Source: Escherichia coli (GTDB taxonomy: Bacteria; Pseudomonadota; Gammaproteobacteria; Enterobacterales; Enterobacteriaceae). From it: 64,000 bases of DNA. Where the stretch lies: the NCBI RefSeq assembly GCF_048403405.1, contig NZ_CP183129.1; one strand, written 5' to 3'. How positions within the stretch are numbered: position 1 is the first letter of the stretch; the number at the start of each line of letters is the position of its first letter. Below, piece after piece: positions 35,724-46,829 of this stretch. The position numbers were made by a program, and so were the translations under genes. Below the pieces are notes generated by a model that had not been told where the DNA came from, made no database searches, and was given only the letters and a program-made list of their open reading frames with translations.

Positions 35724-36944
35724 GTGGTTGCTGAAAATCAGCCTGGGCACATTGATCAAATAAAGCAGACCAACGCGGGCGCGGTTTATCGCCTGATTGA
35801 TCAGCTTGGTCCAGTCTCGCGTATCGATCTTTCCCGTCTGGCGCAGCTGGCTCCTGCCAGTATCACTAAAATTGTCCGTGAGATGCTCGAAGCACACCTG
35901 GTGCAAGAGCTGGAAATCAAAGAAGCGGGGAACCGTGGCCGTCCGGCAGTGGGGCTGGTGGTTGAAACTGAAGCCTGGCACTATCTTTCTCTGCGCATTA
36001 GTCGCGGGGAGATTTTCCTTGCTTTGCGCGATCTGAGCAGCAAACTGGTAGTGGAGGAGTCGCAGGAACTGGCGTTAAAAGATGATTCGCCATTGCTGGA
36101 TCGTATCATTTCCCATATCGATCAGTTTTTTATCCGCCACCAGAAAAAACTTGAGCGTCTGACTTCGATTGCCATTACCTTGCCGGGAATTATTGATACG
36201 GAAAATGGTATTGTACATCGCATGCCGTTCTACGAGGATGTAAAAGAGATGCCGCTCGGCGAGGCGCTGGAGCAGCATACCGGCGTACCGGTTTATATTC
36301 AGCATGATATCAGCGCATGGACGATGGCTGAGGCCTTGTTTGGTGCCTCACGCGGGGCGCGCGATGTGATTCAGGTAGTTATCGATCACAACGTGGGGGC
36401 GGGCGTCATTACCGATGGTCATCTGCTACACGCAGGCAGCAGTAGCCTCGTGGAAATAGGTCACACGCAGGTCGACCCGTATGGGAAACGCTGTTATTGC
36501 GGGAATCACGGCTGCCTCGAAACCATCGCCAGTGTGGACAGTATTCTTGAGCTGGCACAGCTGCGTCTTAATCAATCCATGAGCTCGATGTTACATGGAC
36601 AGCCGTTAACCGTGGACTCATTGTGTCAGGCGGCATTGCGCGGCGATCTACTGGCAAAAGACATCATTACCGGGGTGGGCGCGCATGTCGGGCGCATTCT
36701 TGCCATCATGGTGAATTTATTTAACCCACAAAAAATACTGATTGGCTCACCGTTAAGTAAAGCGGCAGATATCCTCTTCCCGGTCATCTCGGACAGCATC
36801 CGTCAGCAGGCCCTTCCTGCGTATAGTCAGCACATTAGCGTTGAGAGTACTCAGTTTTCTAACCAGGGCACGATGGCAGGCGCTGCGCTGGTAAAAGACG
36901 CGATGTATAACGGTTCTTTGTTGATTCGTCTGTTGCAGGGTTAA
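35724..36944 (+). CDS. mlc: ROK-family global sugar regulator Mlc (DgsA)
   Basis: 406 aa with a GTG start, beginning MVAENQPGHIDQIKQTNAGAVYRL. ROK zinc motif is CYCGNHGC. Confidence 0.95.
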   Translation: MVAENQPGHIDQIKQTNAGAVYRLIDQLGPVSRIDLSRLAQLAPASITKIVREMLEAHLVQELEIKEAGNRGRPAVGLVVETEAWHYLSLRISRGEIFLALRDLSSKLVVEESQELALKDDSPLLDRIISHIDQFFIRHQKKLERLTSIAITLPGIIDTENGIVHRMPFYEDVKEMPLGEALEQHTGVPVYIQHDISAWTMAEALFGASRGARDVIQVVIDHNVGAGVITDGHLLHAGSSSLVEIGHTQVDPYGKRCYCGNHGCLETIASVDSILELAQLRLNQSMSSMLHGQPLTVDSLCQAALRGDLLAKDIITGVGAHVGRILAIMVNLFNPQKILIGSPLSKAADILFPVISDSIRQQALPAYSQHISVESTQFSNQGTMAGAALVKDAMYNGSLLIRLLQG

Positions 36945-37068
36945 CATTTTTTAACTGTTCTACCAAAATTTGCGCTATCTCAATTTGGGCCAGGAAAGCA
37001 TAACTTAGACTTTCAAGGTTAATTATTTTCCTGGTTTATATTTGTGAAGCATAACGGTGGAGTTAGTG

Positions 37069-37764
37069 ATGCTGAAGCGTTTCTTTATTACCGGTACAGA
37101 CACTTCTGTAGGGAAAACGGTGGTTTCCCGCGCATTGCTACAAGCGTTAGCCTCCCAGGGAAAAACGGTTGCGGGATATAAACCCGTAGCGAAGGGGAGC
37201 AAAGAGACACCCGAAGGGCTGCGTAATAAAGATGCCCTGGTGTTGCAGAGTGTTTCAACCATCGAACTGCCTTATGAAGCAGTGAATCCTATCGCGTTAA
37301 GCGAAGAAGAAAGTAGCGTGGCGCACAGTTGCCCAATCAATTACACCCTCATTTCAAACGGCCTGGCAAACCTGACCGATAAAGTCGATCATGTGGTGGT
37401 AGAAGGGACTGGCGGCTGGCGCAGTCTGATGAATGATTTGCGTCCGCTCTCTGAATGGGTGGTGCAGGAACAACTGCCGGTGTTGATGGTTGTCGGTATT
37501 CAGGAAGGTTGCATTAACCATGCACTGCTAACAGCTCAGGCGATCGCCAACGACGGGCTACCGCTCATTGGCTGGGTGGCTAACCGAATCAACCCAGGAC
37601 TTGCGCATTATGCGGAAATCATTGATGTGCTCGGTAAAAAACTTCCGGCACCGCTCATTGGTGAACTGCCTTATCTGCCGCGCGCCGAACAGCGTGAACT
37701 GGGGCAATACATCCGCTTAGCTATGCTTCGCAGTGTGCTGGCGGTAGATAGAGTCACGGTGTAA
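37069..37764 (+). CDS. ynfK: Dethiobiotin synthetase paralog
   Basis: The ATG at 37069 gives 231 aa starting [17 protein letters not shown] (P-loop). Confidence 0.92.
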   Translation: MLKRFFITGTDTSVGKTVVSRALLQALASQGKTVAGYKPVAKGSKETPEGLRNKDALVLQSVSTIELPYEAVNPIALSEEESSVAHSCPINYTLISNGLANLTDKVDHVVVEGTGGWRSLMNDLRPLSEWVVQEQLPVLMVVGIQEGCINHALLTAQAIANDGLPLIGWVANRINPGLAHYAEIIDVLGKKLPAPLIGELPYLPRAEQRELGQYIRLAMLRSVLAVDRVTV

Positions 37765-38973
37765 CGTCCGCGAAATTACCGACGCAATTACGCAGGCAAT
37801 CAATAAACCGGGGAGTAGCTGATACTCCCCGGTCATTTCACATATCATCAACGTCGACATAATCGGCGCGTGCGTGGTTGCCGCCAACAGTGTCGCCATC
37901 CCGGTCAATCCGAGTAAAAGCGTAATTTCTTCGCCATCAGGGAACCATAATCCCAGGCTACGACCATACAACATGCCAATGGCAAGACCGATAAATAGCG
38001 TCGGTGTAAAGACACCACCGGGCGCGCCAGAACCACTACTCGCCAGCACGGCAAACAGTTTACAGAGGAAGATCCCGGCAATGATCATTAACAGTGGCGG
38101 AGCGGTTAAAAAGGATTGTACGGTGCTATAGCCGTTGCCCCACACTGCAGGTGTGAACAGGGAAAGCAGACCCACGATCAACCCGCCCAGTGCCAGTTGC
38201 CAGGGCGGCGCAAGCTTGAGACTTACAAATTCACGATGACAGGCGTTCATCAACGTTAACAACAGTGGTCCGCACAGACCTGCCAGCACACCTGTACTGA
38301 TAATCAGCGCATAGTCACGAGCCTGAACCGTCACTGAGAGTTGTACACTGTAGAGTAACGCGTCGCTATGATTAATCAGATTGCTAACCAGCAATGCCAC
38401 GACGGCGGAAATAATCACCGGGCCGAGAGAGGCCAACATCATAGTGCCAAACAGCACTTCGGCTATAAATAAACTGCCAGCAAGCGGGGCGCGATAGGCC
38501 GCAGCCATTCCCGCCGCAGCTCCACAGGCGATCCATAATTTCCACTCCTGGCGTGGCGTAAAACGTTGGGCAAAACAGGAGGCGGCAAGGGCAGCTAAAA
38601 GAATCATCGCACCTTCGCGACCAATTGCACTGCCGCTGGTTACTACCAGCAGAGAGGCAAGGGATTTAACCAGGCTTGCTGCGTAATCAAACTGCCCATC
38701 GGTTTGCAACGCTTCCATGTAATCGGTCGGCGCATGAGGGCGTTGCTGGGTAAATTTCTGCCAGCCCATCAGCAACAAACCCGCCGCCAGTCCGCCGAGC
38801 GCCGGAGTTAGCAGCCGTCGCCAGGGGGAAAGATTTGTCGCTGCATTGACCAGACTGCCCGAGTCATTATTGAGGAACAACCACTCCAGTAGCAGCATTG
38901 CATGACGAAACCCGGCAACGGCAAAGGCCGCAAGAATACCGACGACTGTTGCGATAAGCAGACGGCGGAACAT
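37717..38973 (-). CDS. clcB: ClC-family voltage-gated chloride channel/antiporter ClcB
   Basis: The ATG at 38973 gives 418 aa starting [17 protein letters not shown]. Contains the GREG and GxFxP ClC motifs. Confidence 0.93.
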   Translation of the reverse strand: MFRRLLIATVVGILAAFAVAGFRHAMLLLEWLFLNNDSGSLVNAATNLSPWRRLLTPALGGLAAGLLLMGWQKFTQQRPHAPTDYMEALQTDGQFDYAASLVKSLASLLVVTSGSAIGREGAMILLAALAASCFAQRFTPRQEWKLWIACGAAAGMAAAYRAPLAGSLFIAEVLFGTMMLASLGPVIISAVVALLVSNLINHSDALLYSVQLSVTVQARDYALIISTGVLAGLCGPLLLTLMNACHREFVSLKLAPPWQLALGGLIVGLLSLFTPAVWGNGYSTVQSFLTAPPLLMIIAGIFLCKLFAVLASSGSGAPGGVFTPTLFIGLAIGMLYGRSLGLWFPDGEEITLLLGLTGMATLLAATTHAPIMSTLMICEMTGEYQLLPGLLIACVIASVISRTLHRDSIYRQHTAKHS

Positions 38974-39166
38974 AGTGCGCAGATCCGGATAGATGTGTAG
39001 ATGATGCATGAGCAGAAATGGGCAATGAAATACGGGCGACTATTTTGCGGCAAAAGAAGCCAGACGCAAAAGCAGTGCGTGCTTTAAGAGATAAAAAACG
39101 TGACACTGTAACCTATTATTGCCGAATTGCGCCTAATCGACACCATCCGGCAATATTACGGTGATC

Positions 39167-39781
39167 CTATCGAAAGAGTGGTTTAACCGCGACAGGAATT
39201 AACAGTTGTGATTGCCATTGCGCCAGCGTTAAGCGAGCCAGTTCACCCAGTGCACGGTAGAAAGGGTGTTCTGCTTTTTCGATAAAAACGTCAAGAAAAC
39301 GTGTTGACCACGGAAAAAGGTGCCATGCCAGCAATTCTTCGCATTCTGTCTGGCGACCATTCTCCGCCAACCACGCAGCCATCAACAGCAGTGAACCAAA
39401 ATGATCTTCCGGTTCGTTTTGCTTCATTTCAAACTGAATGCCTTTCTCGCGCATCCACTGACGAAGTGCCAATGTTGAATCGCCAAACAGCACAGATTCG
39501 CGATCCAGCCAGACCGACCCCCACGGCGGTGATGGCAGAGCCCACGGACCGACAAACAAACGCTGCCAGGCCTGGGCGCGAGTCTCTTCACTCTGTGCCT
39601 GAAAAGCCGTCACCAGCGGCGCTAATGACGCTTCTGGTAGAGGCCACTGAGTTTCCCAGCCGTCACGGGTGAGTACCGCAACCAGAGGTGCGGCTTCCGC
39701 ACTCTCTGGAGCGTAATAAAACAGCGCGCCCAACACGCGCGCCGCGACAGAAAAATTATCTTGCTGTGAAAAATGGGTCAT
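39167..39781 (-). CDS. dmsD: Tat proofreading chaperone DmsD
   Basis: The ATG at 39781 gives 204 aa starting MTHFSQQDNFSVAARVLG. Confidence 0.93.
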   Translation of the reverse strand: MTHFSQQDNFSVAARVLGALFYYAPESAEAAPLVAVLTRDGWETQWPLPEASLAPLVTAFQAQSEETRAQAWQRLFVGPWALPSPPWGSVWLDRESVLFGDSTLALRQWMREKGIQFEMKQNEPEDHFGSLLLMAAWLAENGRQTECEELLAWHLFPWSTRFLDVFIEKAEHPFYRALGELARLTLAQWQSQLLIPVAVKPLFR

Positions 39782-39823
39782 TCCTAACATCCTGAAATGT
39801 GCGGGTTGCCCCGCACCAATTTG

Positions 39824-40678
39824 TTAACCTGCAATAGCCATTCCTACCGTCATGTGCAGGCCATAAAAGAGCACACGCCCGATCATCTCACCGCCAAGTA
39901 TGAGGATTAGCCCCAGAACAAGTCCGGCAACGTGAGGTTCACGGCGACGAATGAGCGGACAAAGCCAGCATCCTAGACCTGCGCATAACAATACCACACG
40001 CCAGACCTGTAAGGAGGCGTAATCTGGTACCAGTGCGCTGGCTTGTTGTACGGATGAGTGAATAGACGCCAGAGACAAACCTTGCAGCACAATCACCCCG
40101 GCACAAGCGATCAGCGCCAGAACGCTAATGATGGCAAAGGGTGTGGTATTAAATGTAATGCGGGCTGCCCGCAGAATTGCGGCAGCAAGTATTGGACCGC
40201 TCAACAATACTGTCAGGAAGAAAGCCAGCGTAGTGTAACCGTTATGCCAGGTTGGCACTGTGTCGATTTGATACACGCAGGTCATCATCCAGACGAAAAT
40301 GACGCCGAGCGCCATGCTGACAAGTAACCAGAGTTTCCCCAACGCTTGCGGCATTTTACCGATGACTGCCACCAGCCACCATAATCCGCCAACGGCAAAA
40401 AATATTGAACCGGCAGCAATTTCGTTACTCAGACCAGAAGCACCGATTCGATTCAGCGAGTTAAACGCTCGCAGTGGCGATCCCAGGTGCATGACAGAGG
40501 CAATAAACCCGATGCCCATCAACAGCCAGAGGAAAAACATGCCACGGACAATACGCTGACGGTCTGCGTCATTATTGGCGGCGAACCAGCCAATTCCGCT
40601 AACAATCAGCGCGCCTACTACGCATTGACCCAATACGGTAAAGATAACCAGTGGCCATTCATGCCATCCATTTCCCAT
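39824..40678 (-). CDS. ynfH: DmsC-type membrane anchor subunit of the Ynf selenate/DMSO reductase
   Basis: The ORF track extends to 40918 across ynfG. The ATG at 40678 gives 284 aa starting MGNGWHEWPLVIFTVLGQC. Confidence 0.92.
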   Translation of the reverse strand: MGNGWHEWPLVIFTVLGQCVVGALIVSGIGWFAANNDADRQRIVRGMFFLWLLMGIGFIASVMHLGSPLRAFNSLNRIGASGLSNEIAAGSIFFAVGGLWWLVAVIGKMPQALGKLWLLVSMALGVIFVWMMTCVYQIDTVPTWHNGYTTLAFFLTVLLSGPILAAAILRAARITFNTTPFAIISVLALIACAGVIVLQGLSLASIHSSVQQASALVPDYASLQVWRVVLLCAGLGCWLCPLIRRREPHVAGLVLGLILILGGEMIGRVLFYGLHMTVGMAIAG

Positions 40679-40679
40679 T

Positions 40680-41297
40680 TTACACTTCCTCCGGATTAGC
40701 CAGATAACCAGTGGTATCGCCGGTCGGGCGGCTATTGGCGTTAGGTTTGATAACGATATTGGGTTTTGTGAAATGCGCGCGCGGCAGTGGCGCGACGGCA
40801 GCCAGAGTGCCGTGCTTCTGGCGCAGCTCTTCAATTGGACCGAACTCAAGTGCACGCAGCGGGCAGGATTCGACACATATGGGTTGTTTCCCCTCGGCGA
40901 CGCGCGAATAACAACCATCGCACTTCGTCATGTGCCCTTTTTCAGCATTGTACTGTGGCGCGCCGTACGGACAAGCCATGTGGCAGTAGCGGCAGCCGAT
41001 ACAAACATCTTCATCAACCACCACAAAGCCATCTTCACGCTTATGCATTGCGCCGCTGGGGCAGACTTTTGTACATGCGGGGTCATCGCAATGGTTACAG
41101 GAGATGGAGAGATAATAAGCGAACACGTTCTGGTGCCAGACGCCATTATCTTCCTGCCAGTCGCCGCCAGCATATTCATAAATACGGCGGAAACTGACTT
41201 CCGGGCCAAGATCTTTAAAATCTTTGCACGCCAGTTCGCAGGTTTTACAGCCAGTACAGCGGCTGGAATCGATAAAAAATCCATATTGTGTGGTCAT
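40680..41297 (-). CDS. ynfG: 4x[4Fe-4S] ferredoxin-type electron-transfer subunit
   Basis: 205 aa with four CxxCxxCxxxC(P) clusters visible. Confidence 0.95.
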   Translation of the reverse strand: MTTQYGFFIDSSRCTGCKTCELACKDFKDLGPEVSFRRIYEYAGGDWQEDNGVWHQNVFAYYLSISCNHCDDPACTKVCPSGAMHKREDGFVVVDEDVCIGCRYCHMACPYGAPQYNAEKGHMTKCDGCYSRVAEGKQPICVESCPLRALEFGPIEELRQKHGTLAAVAPLPRAHFTKPNIVIKPNANSRPTGDTTGYLANPEEV

Positions 41298-41307
41298 GGG
41301 CTACTCC

Positions 41308-43734
41308 TTAAACCTTTTCGATCTGGACAAGATTGCTGTGCGACGGGTTTCCCTTTGCCAGCGGTGAAGGGCGGTGAGAGGTCAGAATATTGATACTGCC
41401 GCCGTGATCGACCCGGTCACCAAACATATCCGCTTTAAGCCACGCACCTTGCCCGATGGCGGTAACGCCAGGCAGAATACGCGGAGTCACTTTTGCGGCA
41501 ATCAGCATTTCTCCATTATTGTTAAATACCCGCACGGTATCGCCATGACGGATACCGCGTGCCTGAGCATCAATAGGGTTGATCCACACCTCTTGTGGGC
41601 AGGCCTGCTGTAACACATCAATATTGCCGTAGCTGGAGTGGGTACGCGCTTTGTAGTGGAAGCCCGTTAGCTGCAGTGGATAGGTTTTCCGCAGGGGATC
41701 GTCCCAGCCATCAAAACCTGGGGTATACGCAGGAAGGGGATGAATAATTTCATCTTTTTTCAATTCCCAGGTATCCGCAATCGTCGCCAGTCGTTCAGAA
41801 TAAATTTCGATTTTCCCCGAAGGTGTTTTCAACGGGTTTGCCTGTGGATCTTCACGGAATGCGCGGAAAGCGACGTAGTGTTCTTCCGGGCATTTTTTCT
41901 TAAAGATCCCGGTCGTTTTCATCTCCTCGTAGTCGGGCATCTCAGGGTTACGTTCCTTCGTTTTCGCATGGAGATATTTGATCCATTCATGCTGACTGCG
42001 ACCTTCAGTAAAGGTTTGATAAACGTCTGGTCCTAAGCGTTTGGCGACTTCGCTCAGCATCCAGTAGATGGGTTTGCGTTCAAATTTTGCTGAGGTTGCG
42101 GGTTGGGCGAGGATCACATAGCCCATATTCCCGGCAGATTCGTGAGAGATAAGGTCTTCTTGCTCTGTTGGCATCAGGTCGGGCAACAGGATATCGCAAT
42201 ACTTAGCCGAGGCCGTCATGAAGTGGTCAATGCCAACAATCATCTCGCACTTGCTGTCATCCTGAAGCACCTCATGGGTGTGATTGATGTCGCCATGTTG
42301 ATTGATCAATGTGTTACTGGCGTAGCACCATAAAAACTTGATGGGGACATCCAGTTTTTCTTTTCCACGAACACCATCACGGGTCGCGGTCATTTCCGTA
42401 CCATGGTCGATGGCATCTGTCCATGTAAAGACGGAAATCTGCGTTTTAACAGGATTCTCAAGCATCGGGAACCATTCTACCCCCAGATCCCAGCTACCTT
42501 CGCGTACACCTGAGTTGCCGCCGTTTATGCCGACGTTACCGGTGAGAACGGAAAGCATGGCAATAGCGCGGGACGTTTGCTCGCCGTTGGAGTGTCGTTG
42601 TGGCCCCCAACCCTGACAAATATAAGCAGGTTTTGCTGAACCGATCTCTCGTGCCAACTGGATAATTTTTTCTGCCGGGATGCTGGTGATTTTTGCTGCC
42701 CATTCCGGCGTTTTAGCTATGCCGTCAGGCCCTTCGCCCAGAATATAGGCTTTATAATGCGCGTTACGTGGTGCGTTGGCGGGCAGCGTTTTTTCATCGT
42801 AACCAACACAATATTTGTCGAGAAATGGCTGATCGACCATGTTTTCAGTAATCAGTACCCAGGCAATCGCACAGGCCAGTGCGCCATCGGTGCCTGGGCG
42901 AATGGGCAGCCATTCATCTTCACGCCCGGCAGCAGTGTCGTTATAACGTGGATCGATGACGATCATGCGTGCGTTTGAACGTTCTCGGGCTTGCTCGACG
43001 TAGTAAGTGACACCACCGCCGCTCATCCGGGTTTCTGCCGGGTTATTTCCGAACATAACGACCAGTTTCGTATTGGCTATATCATCCGGGCTGTTGCCAT
43101 CATTGGCACCGAACATATAACTCATTGCGGCACTGATTTGAGCGGTACTGTAGCTGCCATAGCGACTGAGAAAACCACCGCAAGAGTTCATCAGACGGTA
43201 CGGGACGTTCGAGTTGGTGATGTTTCCGCCATCTACGCCTGTTCCGTACAGGACATGTACAGCCTCATTGCCGTATTCTTTCAGGATCCGCCGAAGATTA
43301 TCACTGATGGTATCCAGGGCTTCATCCCAACTTATCCGTTCAAATTTACCTTCACCGCGCTTGCCGACGCGCTTCATGGGATATTTCAACCTGTCAGGAT
43401 GATTCATCCGTCGGCGGATAGAGCGCCCGCGTAAACACGCCCGAACCTGATGATTACCGTAGACGTCGTCACCTGTCGTATCAGACTCCACCCAGTACAC
43501 GGTGTCATCTTTCACATGCAAACGTAACAGACAGCGGCTCCCGCAGTTAACGGTGCAGGAACTCCAGACCGCTTTCTCTTCTACCGGTGCCTCTGCCGCT
43601 CGGACCATTTGGGAAAATGGCAGAGTGAAAGCACTGCTTGCCAGCGCAAGACTGCCAAGTGCGGAGGTTTTCATCAGACTTCTACGGCTGATTTCAGCCT
43701 TCATGAGCGCCTCTGTGATATGGATTTTCATCAT
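41308..43734 (-). CDS. ynfF: Molybdopterin (bis-MGD) DMSO-reductase-family catalytic subunit YnfF
   Basis: 807/808 aa. Twin-arginine signal is SRRSLMKTSALGSLALA. Paralog of ynfE. Confidence 0.95.
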   Translation of the reverse strand: MMKIHITEALMKAEISRRSLMKTSALGSLALASSAFTLPFSQMVRAAEAPVEEKAVWSSCTVNCGSRCLLRLHVKDDTVYWVESDTTGDDVYGNHQVRACLRGRSIRRRMNHPDRLKYPMKRVGKRGEGKFERISWDEALDTISDNLRRILKEYGNEAVHVLYGTGVDGGNITNSNVPYRLMNSCGGFLSRYGSYSTAQISAAMSYMFGANDGNSPDDIANTKLVVMFGNNPAETRMSGGGVTYYVEQARERSNARMIVIDPRYNDTAAGREDEWLPIRPGTDGALACAIAWVLITENMVDQPFLDKYCVGYDEKTLPANAPRNAHYKAYILGEGPDGIAKTPEWAAKITSIPAEKIIQLAREIGSAKPAYICQGWGPQRHSNGEQTSRAIAMLSVLTGNVGINGGNSGVREGSWDLGVEWFPMLENPVKTQISVFTWTDAIDHGTEMTATRDGVRGKEKLDVPIKFLWCYASNTLINQHGDINHTHEVLQDDSKCEMIVGIDHFMTASAKYCDILLPDLMPTEQEDLISHESAGNMGYVILAQPATSAKFERKPIYWMLSEVAKRLGPDVYQTFTEGRSQHEWIKYLHAKTKERNPEMPDYEEMKTTGIFKKKCPEEHYVAFRAFREDPQANPLKTPSGKIEIYSERLATIADTWELKKDEIIHPLPAYTPGFDGWDDPLRKTYPLQLTGFHYKARTHSSYGNIDVLQQACPQEVWINPIDAQARGIRHGDTVRVFNNNGEMLIAAKVTPRILPGVTAIGQGAWLKADMFGDRVDHGGSINILTSHRPSPLAKGNPSHSNLVQIEKV

Positions 43735-43791
43735 TACTCACTTATTGCTTTTCAAACAAAATGTCATGTCAGAATTTATGGTTGTAGTGGG

Positions 43792-46218
43792 TTATATTTT
43801 TTCGATCTCGACCAGATTAGTGTGCTGCGGGTTTCCCTTCGCCAGTGGTGAAGGGCGCAGAGTGGTTAGCGTATTCACACAGCCGCCGTGGTCGATTTTA
43901 TCGCCAGACATATTGGCCTCGTGCCAGGCTCCCTGGCCCATAGCGCTAACCCCAGGGAGAATGCGTGGTGTTACTTTGGCTGGTAGCCGAACTTCGCCAC
44001 GATGGTTAAACACCCGCACCATATCGCCGTTGGCAATCCCACGTTTCTGTGCATCTATAGGGTTGATCCACACCTCCTGACGGCAGGCTGCCTTCAGGAC
44101 ATCAATATTGCCGTAGGTCGAGTGGGTACGGGATTTGTAATGGAAACCAAACAGTTGCAGTGGGAAGGTTCTACGTTCAGGGGAGTCCCAGCCTTCAAAG
44201 GTTGAGGCATAAACTGGCAGTGGGCTTATCACTTCATCTTTTTCCAGTTCCCAGGTACGGGCAATTTCCGCCAGCTTGCTGGAATAAATTTCAATCTTAC
44301 CGGAAGGCGTTTTAAGTGGATTTTCCTCGGGGTCGTCACGAAATGCTTTGTAGGCGACAAAATGACCATTGGGATCTTTACGCTTATAGATACCCATTTT
44401 TTTCAGTTCGTCGTAAGACGGTAACGCCGGATCTTTGGCAAGCATTTTGGCGTACAGATGTTGTAACCATTGTTCCTGCGTGCGACCTTCTGTGAACTTT
44501 TGATAGACGTCAGGTCCAAGACGTTTCGCGACCTCACTCAGGATCCAGTAAATCGGTTTGCGTTCGAATTTTTCGCTGGTGACTGGCTGGAGGAAAATGA
44601 GATATCCCATGTTACCGGCGTAGTCGTTAGGAATTATATCTTCCTGCTCAACGGTCATCAGGTCTGGCAGCAGAATGTCGGCATATTTTGCCGATGAGGT
44701 CATAAAGTTTTCGATGACCACAATCATTTCGCATTTCGATTCGTCCTGCAGAATTTCATGCGTTTTGTTGATGTCAGAATGCTGATTAACCAGGGTATTT
44801 CCCGCGTAGTTCCAGATGAACTTAATGGGCACATCCAGTTTATCTTTGCCCCGGACGCCGTCGCGGATTGCCGTCATTTGCGGGCCATGATCGATAGCAT
44901 CTGTCCAGCTGAAGCAGGAGATTGACGTTTTGACCGGATTATCCAGCACCGGTAGGCGTTCTATGGTAATGGTATAGGTCGATTCACGCGCGCCACTATT
45001 CCCGCCGCTGATGCCGACATTGCCCGTCAAAATAGGCAACATAGCAATAGCGCGTGCGGTCAGCTCACCGTTTGCCTGGCGTTGCGGCCCCCAACCCTGG
45101 CAGATATAAGCGGGTTTTGCTGTGCCAATTTCACGCGCCAGTTTGATGATACGGTCCACCGGGATACCGGTAATTTGCGAAGCCCACTGCGGCGTTTTCG
45201 CTGTTTTATCGTCACCTTCACCAAGAATATAGGCTTTATAGTGACCATTTTTTGGTGCATCTGCGGGTAAGGTTTTTTCGTCATAGCCGACGCAGTATTT
45301 ATCGAGAAAAGGTTGATCAACGAGATTTTCGTTAATCAATACCCAGGCAATACCCGCAACCAGCGCGGCATCGGTGCCCGGGCGAATAGGTAGCCATTCG
45401 TCTTCACGACCAGCAGCTGTATCGGTATATCGCGGATCGATAACAATCATTTTTGCGTTCGATTTCTCGCGCGCTTTTTCAAGAAGATAAGTGATGCCAC
45501 CGCCGCTCATGCGGGTTTCTGCCGGGTTGTTACCAAACATCACGACCAGCTTGCTGTTTTCAATATCCGTGGTGCTGTTGCCATCATTACTGCCGTAGGT
45601 GTAGGGCATGGCACAGGAAATTTGCGCGGTGCTGTAGGAGCCATACTGGTTGAGTGAACCGCCGTAGCAGTTCATCAGGCGTTTGACCGCCGAGGCGGAT
45701 GGCGAAGAGCGGGTCATATTGCCGCCAACGATCCCTGAAGAGTACTGAATATATACAGCCTCATTGCCATATTGTTCGACGGTTTTTTTCAGGCTACTGG
45801 CGATAGTATCCAGGGCTTCATCCCAGCTAATCCGTTCGAATTTGCCTTCGCCGCGTTTGCCCACGCGTTTCATTGGGTAATTCAAGCGATCGGGATGATT
45901 AATACGCCGACGGATGGAGCGACCGCGCAAACAGGCACGTACTTGATGATTGCCATACTCGTCGTTGCCGGTGTTGTCAGTTTCCACCCAGGTCACTTCA
46001 TTATCTTTAACATGCAGACGAAGTGCACAGCGGCTACCACAGTTGACGGAACAGGCACCCCAGACCACTTTCTCGCTGGCCTGCTGTACCGCTGCCGCTG
46101 CACTGCGCAGGGTGAACGGTAAAGAAAAACCGCCTGCAGCCAGCGCCAGAGAACCTATCGCGGTAGATTTAACGAGTGTTCTGCGGCTGATGCCCACCAT
46201 TTGTTCATTTTTGGACAT
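43792..46218 (-). CDS. ynfE: Molybdopterin DMSO-reductase-family catalytic subunit YnfE (selenate reductase)
   Basis: 808 aa. Twin-arginine signal is SRRTLVKSTAIGSLALA, with an N-terminal Cys cluster CSVNCGSRC. Confidence 0.95.
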   Translation of the reverse strand: MSKNEQMVGISRRTLVKSTAIGSLALAAGGFSLPFTLRSAAAAVQQASEKVVWGACSVNCGSRCALRLHVKDNEVTWVETDNTGNDEYGNHQVRACLRGRSIRRRINHPDRLNYPMKRVGKRGEGKFERISWDEALDTIASSLKKTVEQYGNEAVYIQYSSGIVGGNMTRSSPSASAVKRLMNCYGGSLNQYGSYSTAQISCAMPYTYGSNDGNSTTDIENSKLVVMFGNNPAETRMSGGGITYLLEKAREKSNAKMIVIDPRYTDTAAGREDEWLPIRPGTDAALVAGIAWVLINENLVDQPFLDKYCVGYDEKTLPADAPKNGHYKAYILGEGDDKTAKTPQWASQITGIPVDRIIKLAREIGTAKPAYICQGWGPQRQANGELTARAIAMLPILTGNVGISGGNSGARESTYTITIERLPVLDNPVKTSISCFSWTDAIDHGPQMTAIRDGVRGKDKLDVPIKFIWNYAGNTLVNQHSDINKTHEILQDESKCEMIVVIENFMTSSAKYADILLPDLMTVEQEDIIPNDYAGNMGYLIFLQPVTSEKFERKPIYWILSEVAKRLGPDVYQKFTEGRTQEQWLQHLYAKMLAKDPALPSYDELKKMGIYKRKDPNGHFVAYKAFRDDPEENPLKTPSGKIEIYSSKLAEIARTWELEKDEVISPLPVYASTFEGWDSPERRTFPLQLFGFHYKSRTHSTYGNIDVLKAACRQEVWINPIDAQKRGIANGDMVRVFNHRGEVRLPAKVTPRILPGVSAMGQGAWHEANMSGDKIDHGGCVNTLTTLRPSPLAKGNPQHTNLVEIEKI

Positions 46219-46416
46219 AACTCACTCCCTGTTCTTTATCGTTATATAAAAGTTTATATATTGAATATTTAGCGCGCTAACAATAGAGGGAGTCTACCTA
46301 TTTTGGGTTAAGAATTATTAATCCATATCAATAGAAGGGTATGAGTAATAAGGTGGGATTATGTTGTATGTTCAAATCGCCGGATGTGTCGTATCCGGCG
46401 TGCAGTCGATAATGTA

Positions 46417-46722
46417 TTACTGCGGTTCGGCAGGCGCGCCATCCTGGGTAGACTGCGCGGGAGCAGAGACGTTACCGCTGGTGGTGCGGGTGTAGAGAAT
46501 TTTATGCGTATCATTAGCGCAATGCCCGACGACCTGGGAATCAGGCTGATCAACCTGGTCATTGGGTACAATACTTAACGTGAAGCTGCTTTCGGGAACG
46601 CCATTATTGATAATGCGCTGTGATATATCGCTCTGTATGCGCTCACAGGATCCCGGCGCGGCGAGTACCGCGGGTGAGGCGAGGGCGAGCAGAAGCGCGG
46701 CACAGCAGGTTGAGAGTTTCAT
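46417..46722 (-). CDS. ynfD: Secreted DUF1161 protein YnfD
   Basis: The ATG at 46722 gives 101 aa starting MKLSTCCAALLLALASPAVLA. Confidence 0.88.
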   Translation of the reverse strand: MKLSTCCAALLLALASPAVLAAPGSCERIQSDISQRIINNGVPESSFTLSIVPNDQVDQPDSQVVGHCANDTHKILYTRTTSGNVSAPAQSTQDGAPAEPQ

Positions 46723-46829
46723 CATAAGCTCCTTACGCGAAGATAACTTCTTTAAGCATAGCATTTAACGTGTAAAGTACTGTATTTGCTACTATGATTG
46801 AGAATCATCTCTACTCTCTGGTGACTGTT

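Noticed and set aside
41308-46218. Extensive similarity between the two adjacent 808-aa genes, which looks like a tandem duplication.
   Set aside because: These are the known paralogous catalytic subunits ynfE and ynfF of one operon. This is not a mobile or novel repeat.
46379-46399. Short hairpin gccggat-gtgtcgt-atccggc downstream of ynfD, reminiscent of a REP element.
   Set aside because: It is only a partial match to the REP consensus as I remember it and is a single copy. That is not enough to call a REP/BIME.
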